Positions 32,714 to 42,358 of a DNA stretch of 61,467 nucleotides are shown here, in pieces. The stretch covers positions 1-61,467 of the forward strand of contig DATMJI010000035.1 in NCBI GenBank assembly GCA_035553895.1, given 5' to 3'. Below the pieces are notes generated by a model. The model was not told the origin of the DNA, searched no databases, and saw only the letters and a program-made list of their open reading frames with translations. The stretch comes from Acidimicrobiales bacterium. Its GTDB lineage: Bacteria > Actinomycetota > Acidimicrobiia > Acidimicrobiales > CADCSY01. The position numbers and the translations under genes are program-made. Position 1 is the first letter of the stretch. Every line of letters begins with the position of its first letter.

Positions 32714-34660
32714 ATGTTGAGCGCCGTCTGGCTGATCCCTGCGCTGCCCCTGGCCGGATTCCTCATCCTGTTGCTCTGGGGCCGCAGGCTGGGCGAACCG
32801 GGGGCCGGGTGGCTGGCCACGGCCATGGTGGCGGGGTCGTTCCTGGCCGGCCTGGTCACCTTCGCCGGACTGCTGGCCAAGGACGAGCACCACCGCCAGT
32901 TCGTATTCACCCTCTTCGAGTGGCTCCCCGTGGGAGGGCTGTCGGTCGACATGGGATTCCTGGTCGACCCCCTGTCGATCACCATGGTCCTCTTCGTCAC
33001 CGGCGTGGGGTCGCTGATCCACCTCTACTCCATCGGCTACATGCACGGCGACCCCCGCTTCCACACCTTCTTCGTCTACCTCAACCTCTTCGCCTTCTCC
33101 ATGCTGATGCTGGTGCTGGGCGACAACCTCCTGGTCACCTTCCTCGGCTGGGAAGGGGTGGGTGCGTGCTCGTACCTGCTGGTGTCGTTCTGGTTCGAGC
33201 GTGACTCGGCGGCGGTGGCCGGCAAGAAGGCCTTCGTCACCAACCGGGTGGGGGACTGGGGCTTCATGGTCGCCATGTTCCTCACCTTCACCTCCCTCGG
33301 CACCCTGACCTACGCCGGCGAGGAGGGGATCCTCGAGGGCGCCGGGGCCCTGCCCGAGACCACCGCCGTGGCCATCGCCCTGCTGCTGTTCGTGGGCGCA
33401 GCGGGCAAGTCGGCCCAGCTGCCGCTCTACGTGTGGCTGCCCGATGCCATGGAGGGGCCCACACCGGTCTCGGCCCTGATCCACGCCGCCACCATGGTCA
33501 CCTCCGGCGTCTACCTCATGGCCCGGATCAACCCGATCCTCGACGTCGCCGGCGGCGTCCTGGAGATCATCGCCGTGGTGGGGGCGGCCACCGCCCTGTT
33601 CGCCGCCACCTGCGCCGTGGCCCAGCGCGACATCAAGAAGGTGCTGGCCTACTCCACCGTCTCCCAGCTCGGCTACATGTTCCTGGCGGTGGGGTCGGGC
33701 GCCTACGTGGCGGCCATCTTCCACATGATCACCCACGCCTTCTTCAAGGCCCTGCTCTTCCTCGGCGCCGGCTCGGTGATCCACGGGATGCACGACGAGC
33801 AGGACATGCGCCGCATGGGGGCCCTGCGCCGGCTCATGCCCGTGACCGCCGGCACCTTCATCGTGGGCTGGCTGGCCATTGCCGGTATCCCCCCCTTCGC
33901 CGGGTTCTGGTCCAAGGACGAGATCCTCGCCGCGGTGTGGGACCTGAGCCCGGCGCTGTGGCTGGTGGGGGTGGTCACCGCCCTCCTCACCGCCTACTAC
34001 ATGAGCCGCCAGGTGTTCCTGGTCTTCTACGGCGAGCCCCGCTGGCAGCAGGCCGGTGCCGGCGAGACGGCGGGGGAGGCGCTGGGGGACCCGGAGCACG
34101 AGCCGGCGGCGGCCACCCACGCTCCCGCCACGCCCCATGAGTCGCCCCGGCTCATGACCGTCCCGCTGGTGGTCCTGGCCGGCCTGGCGGCCGTGGGTGG
34201 GGTCTTGAACCTGCCGGGGGTTTTCACCCTGGAGCACTTCCTCGAGCCCGTCTTCGAGGACCGCCTGCACGAGCTGTCCATCACCGCCGGCATGCAGGTG
34301 GCCCTGGCCCTGGTGGCCGTGGTCGGGGCAGCCGTCGGCATCGCCGTGGCCCGGTCCATCTACCTGGCCCGCGGCGGACCCACCGACCGCTACGAGCCGG
34401 AGCTGCTGGCCCGGGCCTGGCGCTACGACGAGGCCCTGGCCACCTTCTTCGCCGGTCCGGGGCGGGCGGTGGCCGATCTCTCGGCCCGCTTCGACCGGCA
34501 GGTCATCGACGGTGCCGTCAACGGGGTGGCCACCCTGGCCCGGCGCAGCGGCGCCGTGTTGCGGGTCACCCAGACCGGCTACGTGCGCAACTACGCCCTG
34601 GGCATGGCCGCCGGCGCCGTGCTCCTCCTCGGCTTCTTCGTGCTGCGAACAGGCATCTAG
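32714..34660 (+). CDS. nuoL: NADH-quinone oxidoreductase subunit L-type antiporter-like subunit (copy 1, outside the nuoA-N operon)
   Basis: Carries VDPLSITMVLFVTGVGSLIHLYSIGYMHGD...GWEGVGACSYLLVSFW...KSAQLPLYVWLPDAMEGPTPVSALIHAATMVTSGVYL. Confidence 0.9.
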   Translation: MLSAVWLIPALPLAGFLILLLWGRRLGEPGAGWLATAMVAGSFLAGLVTFAGLLAKDEHHRQFVFTLFEWLPVGGLSVDMGFLVDPLSITMVLFVTGVGSLIHLYSIGYMHGDPRFHTFFVYLNLFAFSMLMLVLGDNLLVTFLGWEGVGACSYLLVSFWFERDSAAVAGKKAFVTNRVGDWGFMVAMFLTFTSLGTLTYAGEEGILEGAGALPETTAVAIALLLFVGAAGKSAQLPLYVWLPDAMEGPTPVSALIHAATMVTSGVYLMARINPILDVAGGVLEIIAVVGAATALFAATCAVAQRDIKKVLAYSTVSQLGYMFLAVGSGAYVAAIFHMITHAFFKALLFLGAGSVIHGMHDEQDMRRMGALRRLMPVTAGTFIVGWLAIAGIPPFAGFWSKDEILAAVWDLSPALWLVGVVTALLTAYYMSRQVFLVFYGEPRWQQAGAGETAGEALGDPEHEPAAATHAPATPHESPRLMTVPLVVLAGLAAVGGVLNLPGVFTLEHFLEPVFEDRLHELSITAGMQVALALVAVVGAAVGIAVARSIYLARGGPTDRYEPELLARAWRYDEALATFFAGPGRAVADLSARFDRQVIDGAVNGVATLARRSGAVLRVTQTGYVRNYALGMAAGAVLLLGFFVLRTGI

Positions 34661-36195
34661 TGGAGTCCGATTTCCCCCTGCTCAGCCTGTTGATCCTGGT
34701 GCCGGCCGCCGGGGCCGCCCTGGTGGCGCTCGTACCGCGGGGCAACGACGCCCTGGCCCGTCCCCTGGCCGTCGCCACCACCGCAGTGGTGGCCGTGCTC
34801 AGCGTGATCGTCCTCGCCGGCTTCGACGCCGGTGACGCCGGCTTCCAGCTGGCCGAGCGCTACGTATGGATCGCCGACTTCGGCGTCGCCTGGAACCTGG
34901 GGATCGACGGGATCTCCCTGTTCCTGGTGGTGCTGACCGGTCTGCTGTTTCCCCTGGCCGTCGTGGCGGTCAAACCGACGCATGACGACAAGGCCTACCT
35001 GGCCTGGCTCCTGCTGCTGGAAGCCGGCTGCATCGGGGTGTTCCTGGCCCTGGATCTGTTCCTGTTCTTCGTCATGTTCGAGATCGTCCTGGTGCCCATG
35101 TACTTCCTCATCGGTGGCTGGGGCTACGGGGAGCGGGTCTACGCCGCCCTCAAGTTCTTCCTCTTCACCATGCTCGGTTCGGCCTTCATGCTGGTGGGGA
35201 TCCTCACCGTGGCCTTCCTGCACCAGCGGGCCACCGGGGTGCTCACCTTCGACCTGGTGGAGATCGCCGAGGCCCAGGGCGCCATCGGCCAGGGCGCCGC
35301 CCGCTGGCTCTTCCTGGCCTTCGCCGTGGCCTTCGCCGTCAAGGTGCCGGTCTTCCCCCTGCACACCTGGCTGCCCGACGCCCACACCCAGGCCCCTACC
35401 GCCGGCTCGGTCATCCTCGCCGGGGTCATGCTCAAGCTCGGCACCTACGGGTTCCTGCGCTTCGGTCTGTACCTTTTCCCCGAGGCCGCCACCTACTTCG
35501 CCCCCCTGCTCGTCACCCTGGGGGTGATCGGCATCATCTACGGGGCGGTGGTGGCCGCCGTGCAGCGGGACCTCAAGCGGCTGGTCGCCTACTCCTCGGT
35601 GGCCCACCTCGGCTTCATCGTGCTGGGCACCTTTGCCTTCACCACCCAGGGGCTCCAGGGCGGGGTCATCCAGATGGTCAACCACGGCATCTCCACCGGC
35701 GCCCTGTTCCTGCTCGTGGGCATGATCTCGGACCGGCTCCACACCCGGGAGATCGCCCAGCTGGGGGGGCTGCAGAAGGCTGCGCCCGTGCTGGCCGGGG
35801 TGTTCACCGTGGTCATGCTGTCCTCTGTGGGCCTCCCCGGGCTCAACGGCTTCGTCGGTGAGTTCCTCGTACTCATCGGCAGCTTCCCCACCCGGCGCTG
35901 GTGGGCGGTGGTTGCCACCGCCGGGGTGATCCTGGCCGCCCTCTACATGCTGTGGGCCTACCAGCGGGCCTTCCACGGTGAGCCTCAGGGGGCCAATGCC
36001 ACCATGGCCGACATGAGCCGCCGGGAGCTGGCGGTGATGGCGCCCCTGCTGGCCGCCATCGTCTTCCTCGGCGTCTACCCCAAGCCGGTGCTGGAGCGCA
36101 TCGAACCCGCCGTCGACCGCCTCATCAGCCACGTCGAGGACAACTCCGGCTTCACCCAGCCCGAGGTCGCCGCCGGGGAGGGTGAGCGGGAGTGA
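34660..36195 (+). CDS. nuoM: NADH-quinone oxidoreductase subunit M-type (copy 1)
   Basis: Carries FFVMFEIVLVPMYFLIGGWGYGERVYAALKFFLFT...FAVKVPVFPLHTWLPDAHTQAPTAGSVILAGVMLKLGTYG. The GTG overlaps the nuoL stop. Confidence 0.9.
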   Translation: MESDFPLLSLLILVPAAGAALVALVPRGNDALARPLAVATTAVVAVLSVIVLAGFDAGDAGFQLAERYVWIADFGVAWNLGIDGISLFLVVLTGLLFPLAVVAVKPTHDDKAYLAWLLLLEAGCIGVFLALDLFLFFVMFEIVLVPMYFLIGGWGYGERVYAALKFFLFTMLGSAFMLVGILTVAFLHQRATGVLTFDLVEIAEAQGAIGQGAARWLFLAFAVAFAVKVPVFPLHTWLPDAHTQAPTAGSVILAGVMLKLGTYGFLRFGLYLFPEAATYFAPLLVTLGVIGIIYGAVVAAVQRDLKRLVAYSSVAHLGFIVLGTFAFTTQGLQGGVIQMVNHGISTGALFLLVGMISDRLHTREIAQLGGLQKAAPVLAGVFTVVMLSSVGLPGLNGFVGEFLVLIGSFPTRRWWAVVATAGVILAALYMLWAYQRAFHGEPQGANATMADMSRRELAVMAPLLAAIVFLGVYPKPVLERIEPAVDRLISHVEDNSGFTQPEVAAGEGERE

Positions 36196-36250
36196 GCGGA
36201 CACGAGATCGCCACCCTCCCCTCGAACGCCAGGGCGACGGGGGAGCGCGC

Positions 36251-37792
36251 ATGAGCGCCGGCGTCCTCGCCCAGATCCAGCCCGTGCCCACACCGGCCAT
36301 CGAGTGGTCGGCGGTGTCGCCCCTGCTCGCCCTGGTGGGTGGGGCCCTGCTGTTGCTGACCCTCGCCGCCCTCACCCGATCGCGTCCGCCCCGGGGGTTC
36401 TACGCCGCCTTCACGGTGGCCACGGCCGTGGTGGCCATGGTGCTCTCGGGCCTGCAGTGGGGCCGGGTGACCGACCCCGCCCGGGGTGGCTACAGCGCCA
36501 TCGGCGGGGCGGTCGCCGTCGACGGCTTCAGCGTCTTCTTCGCCGTGGTGATCTGCGCCGCCATCGCCTTGGGGGCCCTGCTGAGCGACGACTACCTACG
36601 GCGGGAGGGCCTGGACGGGCCCGAGCTGTACGTGCTCATGCTCCTGTCCGGGACCGGGGGCCTGGTGATGGCCGCCGCCAACGACCTCATCGTCATCTTC
36701 CTCGGCCTCGAGACCCTCTCCATCGCCCTCTACGTGATGGCGGGGTTCCACCTGCGGCGCCTCGAGTCCCAGGAGTCGGCCATCAAGTACTTCGTGCTCG
36801 GCTCGTTCTCCTCGGCGTTCCTCCTCTACGGCATCGCCCTGGTCTACGGGGCCACGGGATCGACCAACATCACCGCCATCGCCTCCTTCCTCGCCGACAA
36901 CCTGTTGGTGTCCAACGGCTTGCTGCTGGCGGGTTTCGCCCTGTTGCTGGTGGGTCTGGGGTTCAAGGTGGCGGCCGTGCCCTTCCACGTCTGGACGCCC
37001 GACGTCTACCAGGGCGCCCCCACCCCGGTGACCGCCTTCATGGCCTCGGCGGCCAAGGCCGCCGGTTTCGCCGCCCTGCTGCGGGTCTTCCTGTCCACCT
37101 TCGAGCTCTACCGCCTCGACTGGCGGCCCATCATGTGGGCCCTGGCCACCCTCACCCTGGTGGTGGGCTCGTTCCTGGCCATCGTCCAGAGCGACGTCAA
37201 GCGCATGCTGGCCTACAGCTCCATCAGCCACGCCGGCTTCGTCCTGGTGGGGGCGGAGGCGGCCAGCGACCGGGGCGTGGCCGGTGCCCTCTTCTACCTC
37301 CTGGCCTACACCTTCATGGCCGTGGGCAGCTTCGGCGTGGCCACCCTGGTGGGGCGCCGGGGCGACGCCGACCACGGGCTGGACGCCTACCGCGCCCTCG
37401 CCAGCCGGCGCCCGGTGCTGGCCCTGGCCTTCACCGTGTTCCTCCTGGCCCAGGCCGGGGTGCCGCTGACCTCCGGTTTCCTGGCCAAGTTCTACGTGAT
37501 CGGTGCGGCGGTGGAGGCGGGCAGTTACGCCCTGGCCATCATCGCCATGGTGTCGGCAGTGGTGTCGGCCTTCGTCTACCTGCGCATCATCGTGGCCATG
37601 TACATGGGCGGTGACGCAGCGGGGGCGCCGGCGCCCGCCCTGCCCGTGCCCTTTGCCGCCGGCCTCGGGCTGGCCGTGGCCGTGGCCTTCACCGTCGTCG
37701 TCGGCCTGGTCCCCTCCCCCGTGGTCGACTTCGCCCGCGACGCCGTCCCGATCGTGCCCGCCGTCCCGGAGCTGGTGAGCACCGGCTTCTGA
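36251..37792 (+). CDS. nuoN: NADH-quinone oxidoreductase subunit N-type (copy 1)
   Basis: Carries DLIVIFLGLETLSIALYVMAGF...SAIKYFVLGSFSSAFLLYGIALVYG...FKVAAVPFHVWTPDVYQGAPTPVTAFM. The ATG is at 36251. Confidence 0.9.
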   Translation: MSAGVLAQIQPVPTPAIEWSAVSPLLALVGGALLLLTLAALTRSRPPRGFYAAFTVATAVVAMVLSGLQWGRVTDPARGGYSAIGGAVAVDGFSVFFAVVICAAIALGALLSDDYLRREGLDGPELYVLMLLSGTGGLVMAAANDLIVIFLGLETLSIALYVMAGFHLRRLESQESAIKYFVLGSFSSAFLLYGIALVYGATGSTNITAIASFLADNLLVSNGLLLAGFALLLVGLGFKVAAVPFHVWTPDVYQGAPTPVTAFMASAAKAAGFAALLRVFLSTFELYRLDWRPIMWALATLTLVVGSFLAIVQSDVKRMLAYSSISHAGFVLVGAEAASDRGVAGALFYLLAYTFMAVGSFGVATLVGRRGDADHGLDAYRALASRRPVLALAFTVFLLAQAGVPLTSGFLAKFYVIGAAVEAGSYALAIIAMVSAVVSAFVYLRIIVAMYMGGDAAGAPAPALPVPFAAGLGLAVAVAFTVVVGLVPSPVVDFARDAVPIVPAVPELVSTGF

Positions 37793-37842
37793 GAGCCACC
37801 ACCCTCCTCGCCGGACCCCCTGCGGGCGCCGGCCGCCGAACG

Positions 37843-37860
37843 ACTGAAGCTTTGCTGAGG
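37843..37860 (+). promoter_or_regulatory. Two 11-bp-phased heptamers, ACTGAAG and GCTGAGG, just upstream of the 37874 gene
   Basis: aCTGAAGctttGCTGAGG. The heptamer and the spacing match the array at 44269..44308. Confidence 0.3.
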
Positions 37861-37873
37861 CCGAAGGGATTCC

Positions 37874-39037
37874 ATGATGATGCATTCCCTTTCATGCCCC
37901 CAGGACGGTGCGGCAGTGCGATACTGGGAGCCAGGCTCCGGCAACGAGAGGAGGGCGATCTACCTCGTGCCCGGGACGACGAGCGACGCCGGTGCCGCTG
38001 GCGATGACGTCATCGAGGTCGTGGTGGACGCAGCGGCGCTGGTTCGGCACTCCCCGGACGCTCGGCTGTCGATGCCCAGACCCCGGCGGCTGCGCCGCCA
38101 GGAGCGGCGGGTCCAACTCCAGCGGGGCTACACCTGGCACCACCTGACCGGGGGTGGCTACCAGCCCTACCGGGTGCGGACTCCCTCGGTGGAGGCGACA
38201 GCCCATGCCGGCACCACGTTCATGGTCACGGTGGAGCCGGACGCCAGCTGCTTCGTGGTGGTGCTCGAGGGGGCCGCCGACGTCGCCCTGCGCCCGGACG
38301 AGCCCCCGGTGCGCCTGCGCGCCTCCCAGGCCGTGGTCTGCCAGCCCGGTGGCGGGCTCAGCCCCGTCGTCGACGTGGCGGACGATGAGCTGGCCCGGGA
38401 CCCCTGGATCGCTCGGAACCGCCCGCTCGACGCCAAAACCTTCGCCCCCGCCCCCGAGCTGGCGCCGTCGCGTTTCGTGCCCCGCCTGGTCGCCGCCGCG
38501 GGCGCCGTCGCCCTCGGGCTGCTCCTGGTCGTCATCCCCCATGGCGATGGCCGCCCCATCACCCTGGTGGAGGAGCGAGCCCCGCAGGCGACGGCGCAGC
38601 CCTCCCAGCTGGCCCCGGCGGCGAACACCACCACCCCGACGGCGCTCGCGCCGGCGGCGCCTCCCACCACGGCGGCGACGGTGCCGGAGCGGGCTGGCCA
38701 GCCCGCCACCACGGTGCCGGTGGCCCCCCCCACCACGGTGCCCGTGGCCCCGGAGCCGGCGGAGCCACCGCCCGCCGTCACCGCGGCCCTGACCGCCTGC
38801 CAGGGTTCGGGTACGGGCACCGTCGCCCTGGCCGGGACGCTGGCCAACGGCGACGGCCGGGCGCACCGCCTGGTGCTCGAGGTGTCGGTCAGCGACGGGG
38901 CCGGTGTCACCCGGGGATCCGGCGAGGTGGTGGTCGAGGTCGGTCCCGGCCAGCAGGAGACCTGGCAGGCCCGACTCCCCCGACCGGCGGGCGGCGGTGG
39001 CCGCTGCGTTCTCGGCGACGTCACCGTGGCCGGCTGA
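37874..39037 (+). CDS. Hypothetical single-pass membrane protein (cytoplasmic N-domain, TM, Pro/Thr/Ala-rich linker, C-terminal beta-rich domain)
   Basis: The TM is LVAAAGAVALGLLLVVI. The linker reads APAANTTTPTALAPAAPPTTAATVP...VPVAPPTTVPVAPEPAEPPPA. The N-domain is faintly FecR-like (TTFMVTVEPDASCFVVVLEGAADV). The family call is unsupported. Confidence 0.5.
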   Translation: MMMHSLSCPQDGAAVRYWEPGSGNERRAIYLVPGTTSDAGAAGDDVIEVVVDAAALVRHSPDARLSMPRPRRLRRQERRVQLQRGYTWHHLTGGGYQPYRVRTPSVEATAHAGTTFMVTVEPDASCFVVVLEGAADVALRPDEPPVRLRASQAVVCQPGGGLSPVVDVADDELARDPWIARNRPLDAKTFAPAPELAPSRFVPRLVAAAGAVALGLLLVVIPHGDGRPITLVEERAPQATAQPSQLAPAANTTTPTALAPAAPPTTAATVPERAGQPATTVPVAPPTTVPVAPEPAEPPPAVTAALTACQGSGTGTVALAGTLANGDGRAHRLVLEVSVSDGAGVTRGSGEVVVEVGPGQQETWQARLPRPAGGGGRCVLGDVTVAG

Positions 39038-39072
39038 GGGCGCCGGGGATCCGACCCACCCGCTCCGGTGAG

Positions 39073-39765
39073 TTAGCCGTCGCTCCCGGACGCACCGCCG
39101 ACCCCGGTGCCGGTCGTCAAAATCTGGTTCAGGTCGGCCACCACGGCCCGTAGCTGGGCCACCGTCTCGTCGCGCTGGTGGGCGAGGGTGCCGAAGCGGC
39201 GGTGCGCCTCGGCCCGGGCCGCCTCGAGGATCTGGTCGGCCTGCTCGTGGGCGGCGTCGAGGTGGCGTTCAGCGGCGGCCCGCAGCTCGCGAATGGCCGC
39301 CACCTCCGCCGTCAGGGCACGACGCAGCTCGATTACGTCGGCTTCGTCAGGGGACCGGGTAGCGCCGGTCTCGGCCTGGTCGGCGAGCTCGACAGTCCCG
39401 GTCGGATCGGCAGGCCGGGCACCGGCGCCGGCGTCATGGGAGCTCGGCGGGTGCGCCTGGCCCTGCAGCTCGGTGATCTGGCCCTGCAGCTCGGTGATGG
39501 TCGACCGGGCCGCCACCAGCTCGCGGGCCATGGCGCTGTCGGCGGGTGGCACCTCGGCCGGGCGACTCTCACGCTCGGCCAGCCGGCGCTCGAGGTCGCC
39601 GAGGCTCCTGGCCAGCTCGCTCCTCGCCTCCTGGGCCGCCAGGAGGCGGTTCTCGGCCGCTTCCAGCTGGGCCCGGTGAGAGGCCAGCTCGGCCTCCACC
39701 TCGTCGGGGTCGTAGCCTCGCAGGGCAAGCGTGAAAGCGGGCTGCCTCGTGCTCTCGCTGAACAT
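39073..39765 (-). CDS. DivIVA-domain coiled-coil protein
   Basis: The ATG at 39765 follows a GGAGG. MFSESTRQPAFTLALRGYDPDEVEAELASH is the DivIVA N-terminal motif, and the rest is a coiled coil. Confidence 0.8.
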   Translation of the reverse strand: MFSESTRQPAFTLALRGYDPDEVEAELASHRAQLEAAENRLLAAQEARSELARSLGDLERRLAERESRPAEVPPADSAMARELVAARSTITELQGQITELQGQAHPPSSHDAGAGARPADPTGTVELADQAETGATRSPDEADVIELRRALTAEVAAIRELRAAAERHLDAAHEQADQILEAARAEAHRRFGTLAHQRDETVAQLRAVVADLNQILTTGTGVGGASGSDG

Positions 39766-39938
39766 CTCGTTGCCTCCCACCGCGGTGGATCCTGATCCTA
39801 ACGATGCGGTCCGCCCCTGCGCCGACGCGGCGGCCCGGCCGGGTGGACGGCAGACCCTTCGCCGGCCTGCGGTGTCCACCGCTCGGCGGCCACCGCCGCG
39901 GGGTCCCGTGCCGGCGAGCGCGTCGAGCCCGTCCAGCA

Positions 39939-41129
39939 CTAGAGGGCCGCCACCTCGGCGTCGACCCCGAGCCCCTCGAGCGTGTGCTGGATCTCCTCGA
40001 CGTAGATCGGGTTCATGGCGACGACGAGGTCGGGGCGGTAGGCGACCAGGAACTGGGGGGGGACGATCTGCTGGCCCGTGCCGGCCATGTAGCGGTGGTG
40101 CTTGTGGGGGTTGATGTCGACGGCGTACTCGATGAGGCCACCGGCTCCCCGGGCGTGCAGGTGGTTGAGGTAGGCCACCCCCTTGGAGCCCGCACCCCAG
40201 ATGACCGCTCGGCCTCCAGCCGAGGCCATCCGCTGCAGCGCCGCCTTCCCGTGGTCCAGCCGCTCCCCGAGGCGGGCACTGAAGTGCTCGACGGCCTCGG
40301 CCAGGTCGCGGAGATCGTCCTCCAGGGCGAAGTGGCGGCCACCACCGGCAGCGGTGGCCGGCCGGGCTTCTACCAGGAGGTACTGGTCGTCGTAGGCCAG
40401 GGACAGGTCGAGGACCTCGAAGCCGCTGCCCCGGAATAGTCGGGCCAGCGAGCCGGCACTGAAGTACGAGCAATGCTCGTAGTAGACGTCCCAGAAGGCA
40501 GCCTCCCGTAACACCCGCACCACGTCGGGCACCTCGAAGAGCACCACGGTGTCGAGCCGGCGCCCGATCGCCTTTCGCAAGGTAGCCAGGAACTGGCCGA
40601 CGGGCTGGATGTGCTCGAGGGTGTGGCGGCATACCACGGCGTCGGCCTCGAGGTGGGCGTAGCGCTGCGAGTAGAAGTCGGTGATCCAGGTGATGTGCTC
40701 GGCGGCCGGGCCCACCGCCCGCTCGCTGTTCACTCCCGGATCGATGCCCACGCCCCGCCCCACCCCGTGCTCGCACATCATCTGGAGGAACTCACCCTTG
40801 CCACACCCGATCTCGAGCACGCTCCGGCCGTGGAGGTCGTAGGTGTCGACCCACTGCTTGGCCAGCCGGTCGGCGAAGTCGACGAAGCGGGGGGAGAAGG
40901 CCTGCGTTTCTTCGTAGCGGGGCGAGTACTCCGCCCGTGCCGGGTCGAAGCCGACGTTGCCCACGAAGCCGCATCCCGGGCACCAGGCCAGGCGCAGGGT
41001 CCCTCGAGGGAAGGCCTCGGCCTCGGCCCGGTCCTCGAGCAACAGGCAGCTGTTGACCGGCACGCTCGCTTCCTCGTGGAAGACCCGCATGGATGCGCCA
41101 CCGCAGGCCGGGCAGCGGTGGGCGGTCAC
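39939..41129 (-). CDS. NDP-sugar C-methyltransferase family protein (Zn-ribbon, class I SAM methyltransferase, C-methyltransferase C-terminal domain), paralogue 1
   Basis: Carries CPACGG...CPGCGFV (Zn ribbon), [12 protein letters not shown] (motif I) and a C-terminal [13 protein letters not shown]...[16 protein letters not shown]. Confidence 0.75.
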   Translation of the reverse strand: MTAHRCPACGGASMRVFHEEASVPVNSCLLLEDRAEAEAFPRGTLRLAWCPGCGFVGNVGFDPARAEYSPRYEETQAFSPRFVDFADRLAKQWVDTYDLHGRSVLEIGCGKGEFLQMMCEHGVGRGVGIDPGVNSERAVGPAAEHITWITDFYSQRYAHLEADAVVCRHTLEHIQPVGQFLATLRKAIGRRLDTVVLFEVPDVVRVLREAAFWDVYYEHCSYFSAGSLARLFRGSGFEVLDLSLAYDDQYLLVEARPATAAGGGRHFALEDDLRDLAEAVEHFSARLGERLDHGKAALQRMASAGGRAVIWGAGSKGVAYLNHLHARGAGGLIEYAVDINPHKHHRYMAGTGQQIVPPQFLVAYRPDLVVAMNPIYVEEIQHTLEGLGVDAEVAAL

Positions 41130-42358
41130 CGGATCTCCGGTGTGGGGACGGGGATGATGAAGCGGCCGCCGCCCGCCCGGAAGTCAGCCTGTTGCCGGAA
41201 GATCTCCTCGGCGAAGTTCCACGCCAGGAGCAGCAGGTAGTCGGGGCGCTCGTCGACCAGGGCGCTCGGGTCCCTGATGGGCAGGTGGGTGCCGGGCATG
41301 TACCGGCCCTGCTTGTGGACGTTGCGGTCGACGACAAAATCGAGGAGCCCGGGGCCGATGCCCGTGTAGTTGAGCAGGGTGCTGCCCTTGGCCGCGGCAC
41401 CGTAGGCGGCGATACGGGCCCCCTGCTCCCTGAGGCCCTCGAGGAGCGCCACCAGGTCGGCCTTCAGCCTCTCGACCCGGTCACCGAAGCCTGCGTAGAA
41501 GGCGAAGGTGTCGAGCCCGCTCGCCGCCTCGTCGGCCAGGTGGGCCCGCACCTCCTCGCTCTGCTGCTCCCGCCGCCCGAGATGCCAGCGCCGGGTACCG
41601 CCGTGGAGGTCGGGGAAGTGCTCGACGTGGTTGAGGAACAGCCCGTGGCGACGGACGAGGGTGTCCACGGCGCTCGACGAGAAATAGCAGAAGTGCTCGT
41701 GGTAGATGGTGTCGAAGGCGCCTCCGACCACCAGGTCGCCCACCGACGGGTTCTCGACGGTGATCAGGCCGTCGTCGGCCACCAACGCCGCCATGCCGGC
41801 GACGAACCCGTTGAGATCGGGCACGTGGGCCATGACGTTGTTGGCGATGACGACGTCGGCCGGGCCCCGCTCACGCCGCAACTCCTCGGCCAGCTGGCGG
41901 TTGAAGAAGGCCCGCAGGGTCGGGATCCCCGCCGCCTCGGCGGCCGCAGCCTGGCCCGGCGCCGGATCGATGCCGAGCACCGGGATGCCGTGCTCGGCGA
42001 AGTTCCGCAGCAGGTAGCCGTCGTTGCTGGCCAGCTCCACCACCAGGCTGTCCCGGGCGAGCCGGCGGGACCGCATGAGGCCGAGGGCGTGGCGGCGGGC
42101 GTGGGCCAGCACCTGGTCGGAGAACGAGGTGAAGTAGAGGTAGTTGTCGACGAAGAGCCACTCGGCCGGTACCTCCTCGAGAATCTGCACCAGGGAGCAC
42201 CGGGGGCAGAAGGCCACCTCTAGGGGGTAGACCTCCTCGATCTCTCCGAGGCCGGCTTCGTCCACCAGAGCGTCGGCCAGTGGGGTCTTCCCCAAGTTGA
42301 GGAAGGTGCGCAGCCCGGGAGCGGCGCAGCCGCGGCAGCGGGGCTCAGGCATCGGCAC
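41126..42358 (-). CDS. NDP-sugar C-methyltransferase family protein, paralogue 2
   Basis: Carries CRGC...[20 protein letters not shown] and [14 protein letters not shown]...[20 protein letters not shown]. The downstream paralogue's start forms a GTGA overlap with its stop. The start is the GTG at 42358 or the ATG at 42352. Confidence 0.75.
   Translation of the reverse strand: MPMPEPRCRGCAAPGLRTFLNLGKTPLADALVDEAGLGEIEEVYPLEVAFCPRCSLVQILEEVPAEWLFVDNYLYFTSFSDQVLAHARRHALGLMRSRRLARDSLVVELASNDGYLLRNFAEHGIPVLGIDPAPGQAAAAEAAGIPTLRAFFNRQLAEELRRERGPADVVIANNVMAHVPDLNGFVAGMAALVADDGLITVENPSVGDLVVGGAFDTIYHEHFCYFSSSAVDTLVRRHGLFLNHVEHFPDLHGGTRRWHLGRREQQSEEVRAHLADEAASGLDTFAFYAGFGDRVERLKADLVALLEGLREQGARIAAYGAAAKGSTLLNYTGIGPGLLDFVVDRNVHKQGRYMPGTHLPIRDPSALVDERPDYLLLLAWNFAEEIFRQQADFRAGGGRFIIPVPTPEIR

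Noticed and set aside
31346-34270. A 974-aa minus-strand ORF. Similar long antisense ORFs lie across the nuo genes (for example 34657..36375, 54710..56302 and 56278..57849).
   Set aside because: All are antisense to highly recognisable folC and nuoL/M/N genes, and their products are dominated by Gly, Arg, His, Asp, Glu and Pro. They are high-GC artefacts.
39766-40776. The upstream two-thirds of the 567-aa ORF 39073..40776.
   Set aside because: Only the last 230 aa are DivIVA-like, starting at the ATG at 39765 behind a GGAGG. The rest overlaps the C-methyltransferase gene and has an artefactual composition.
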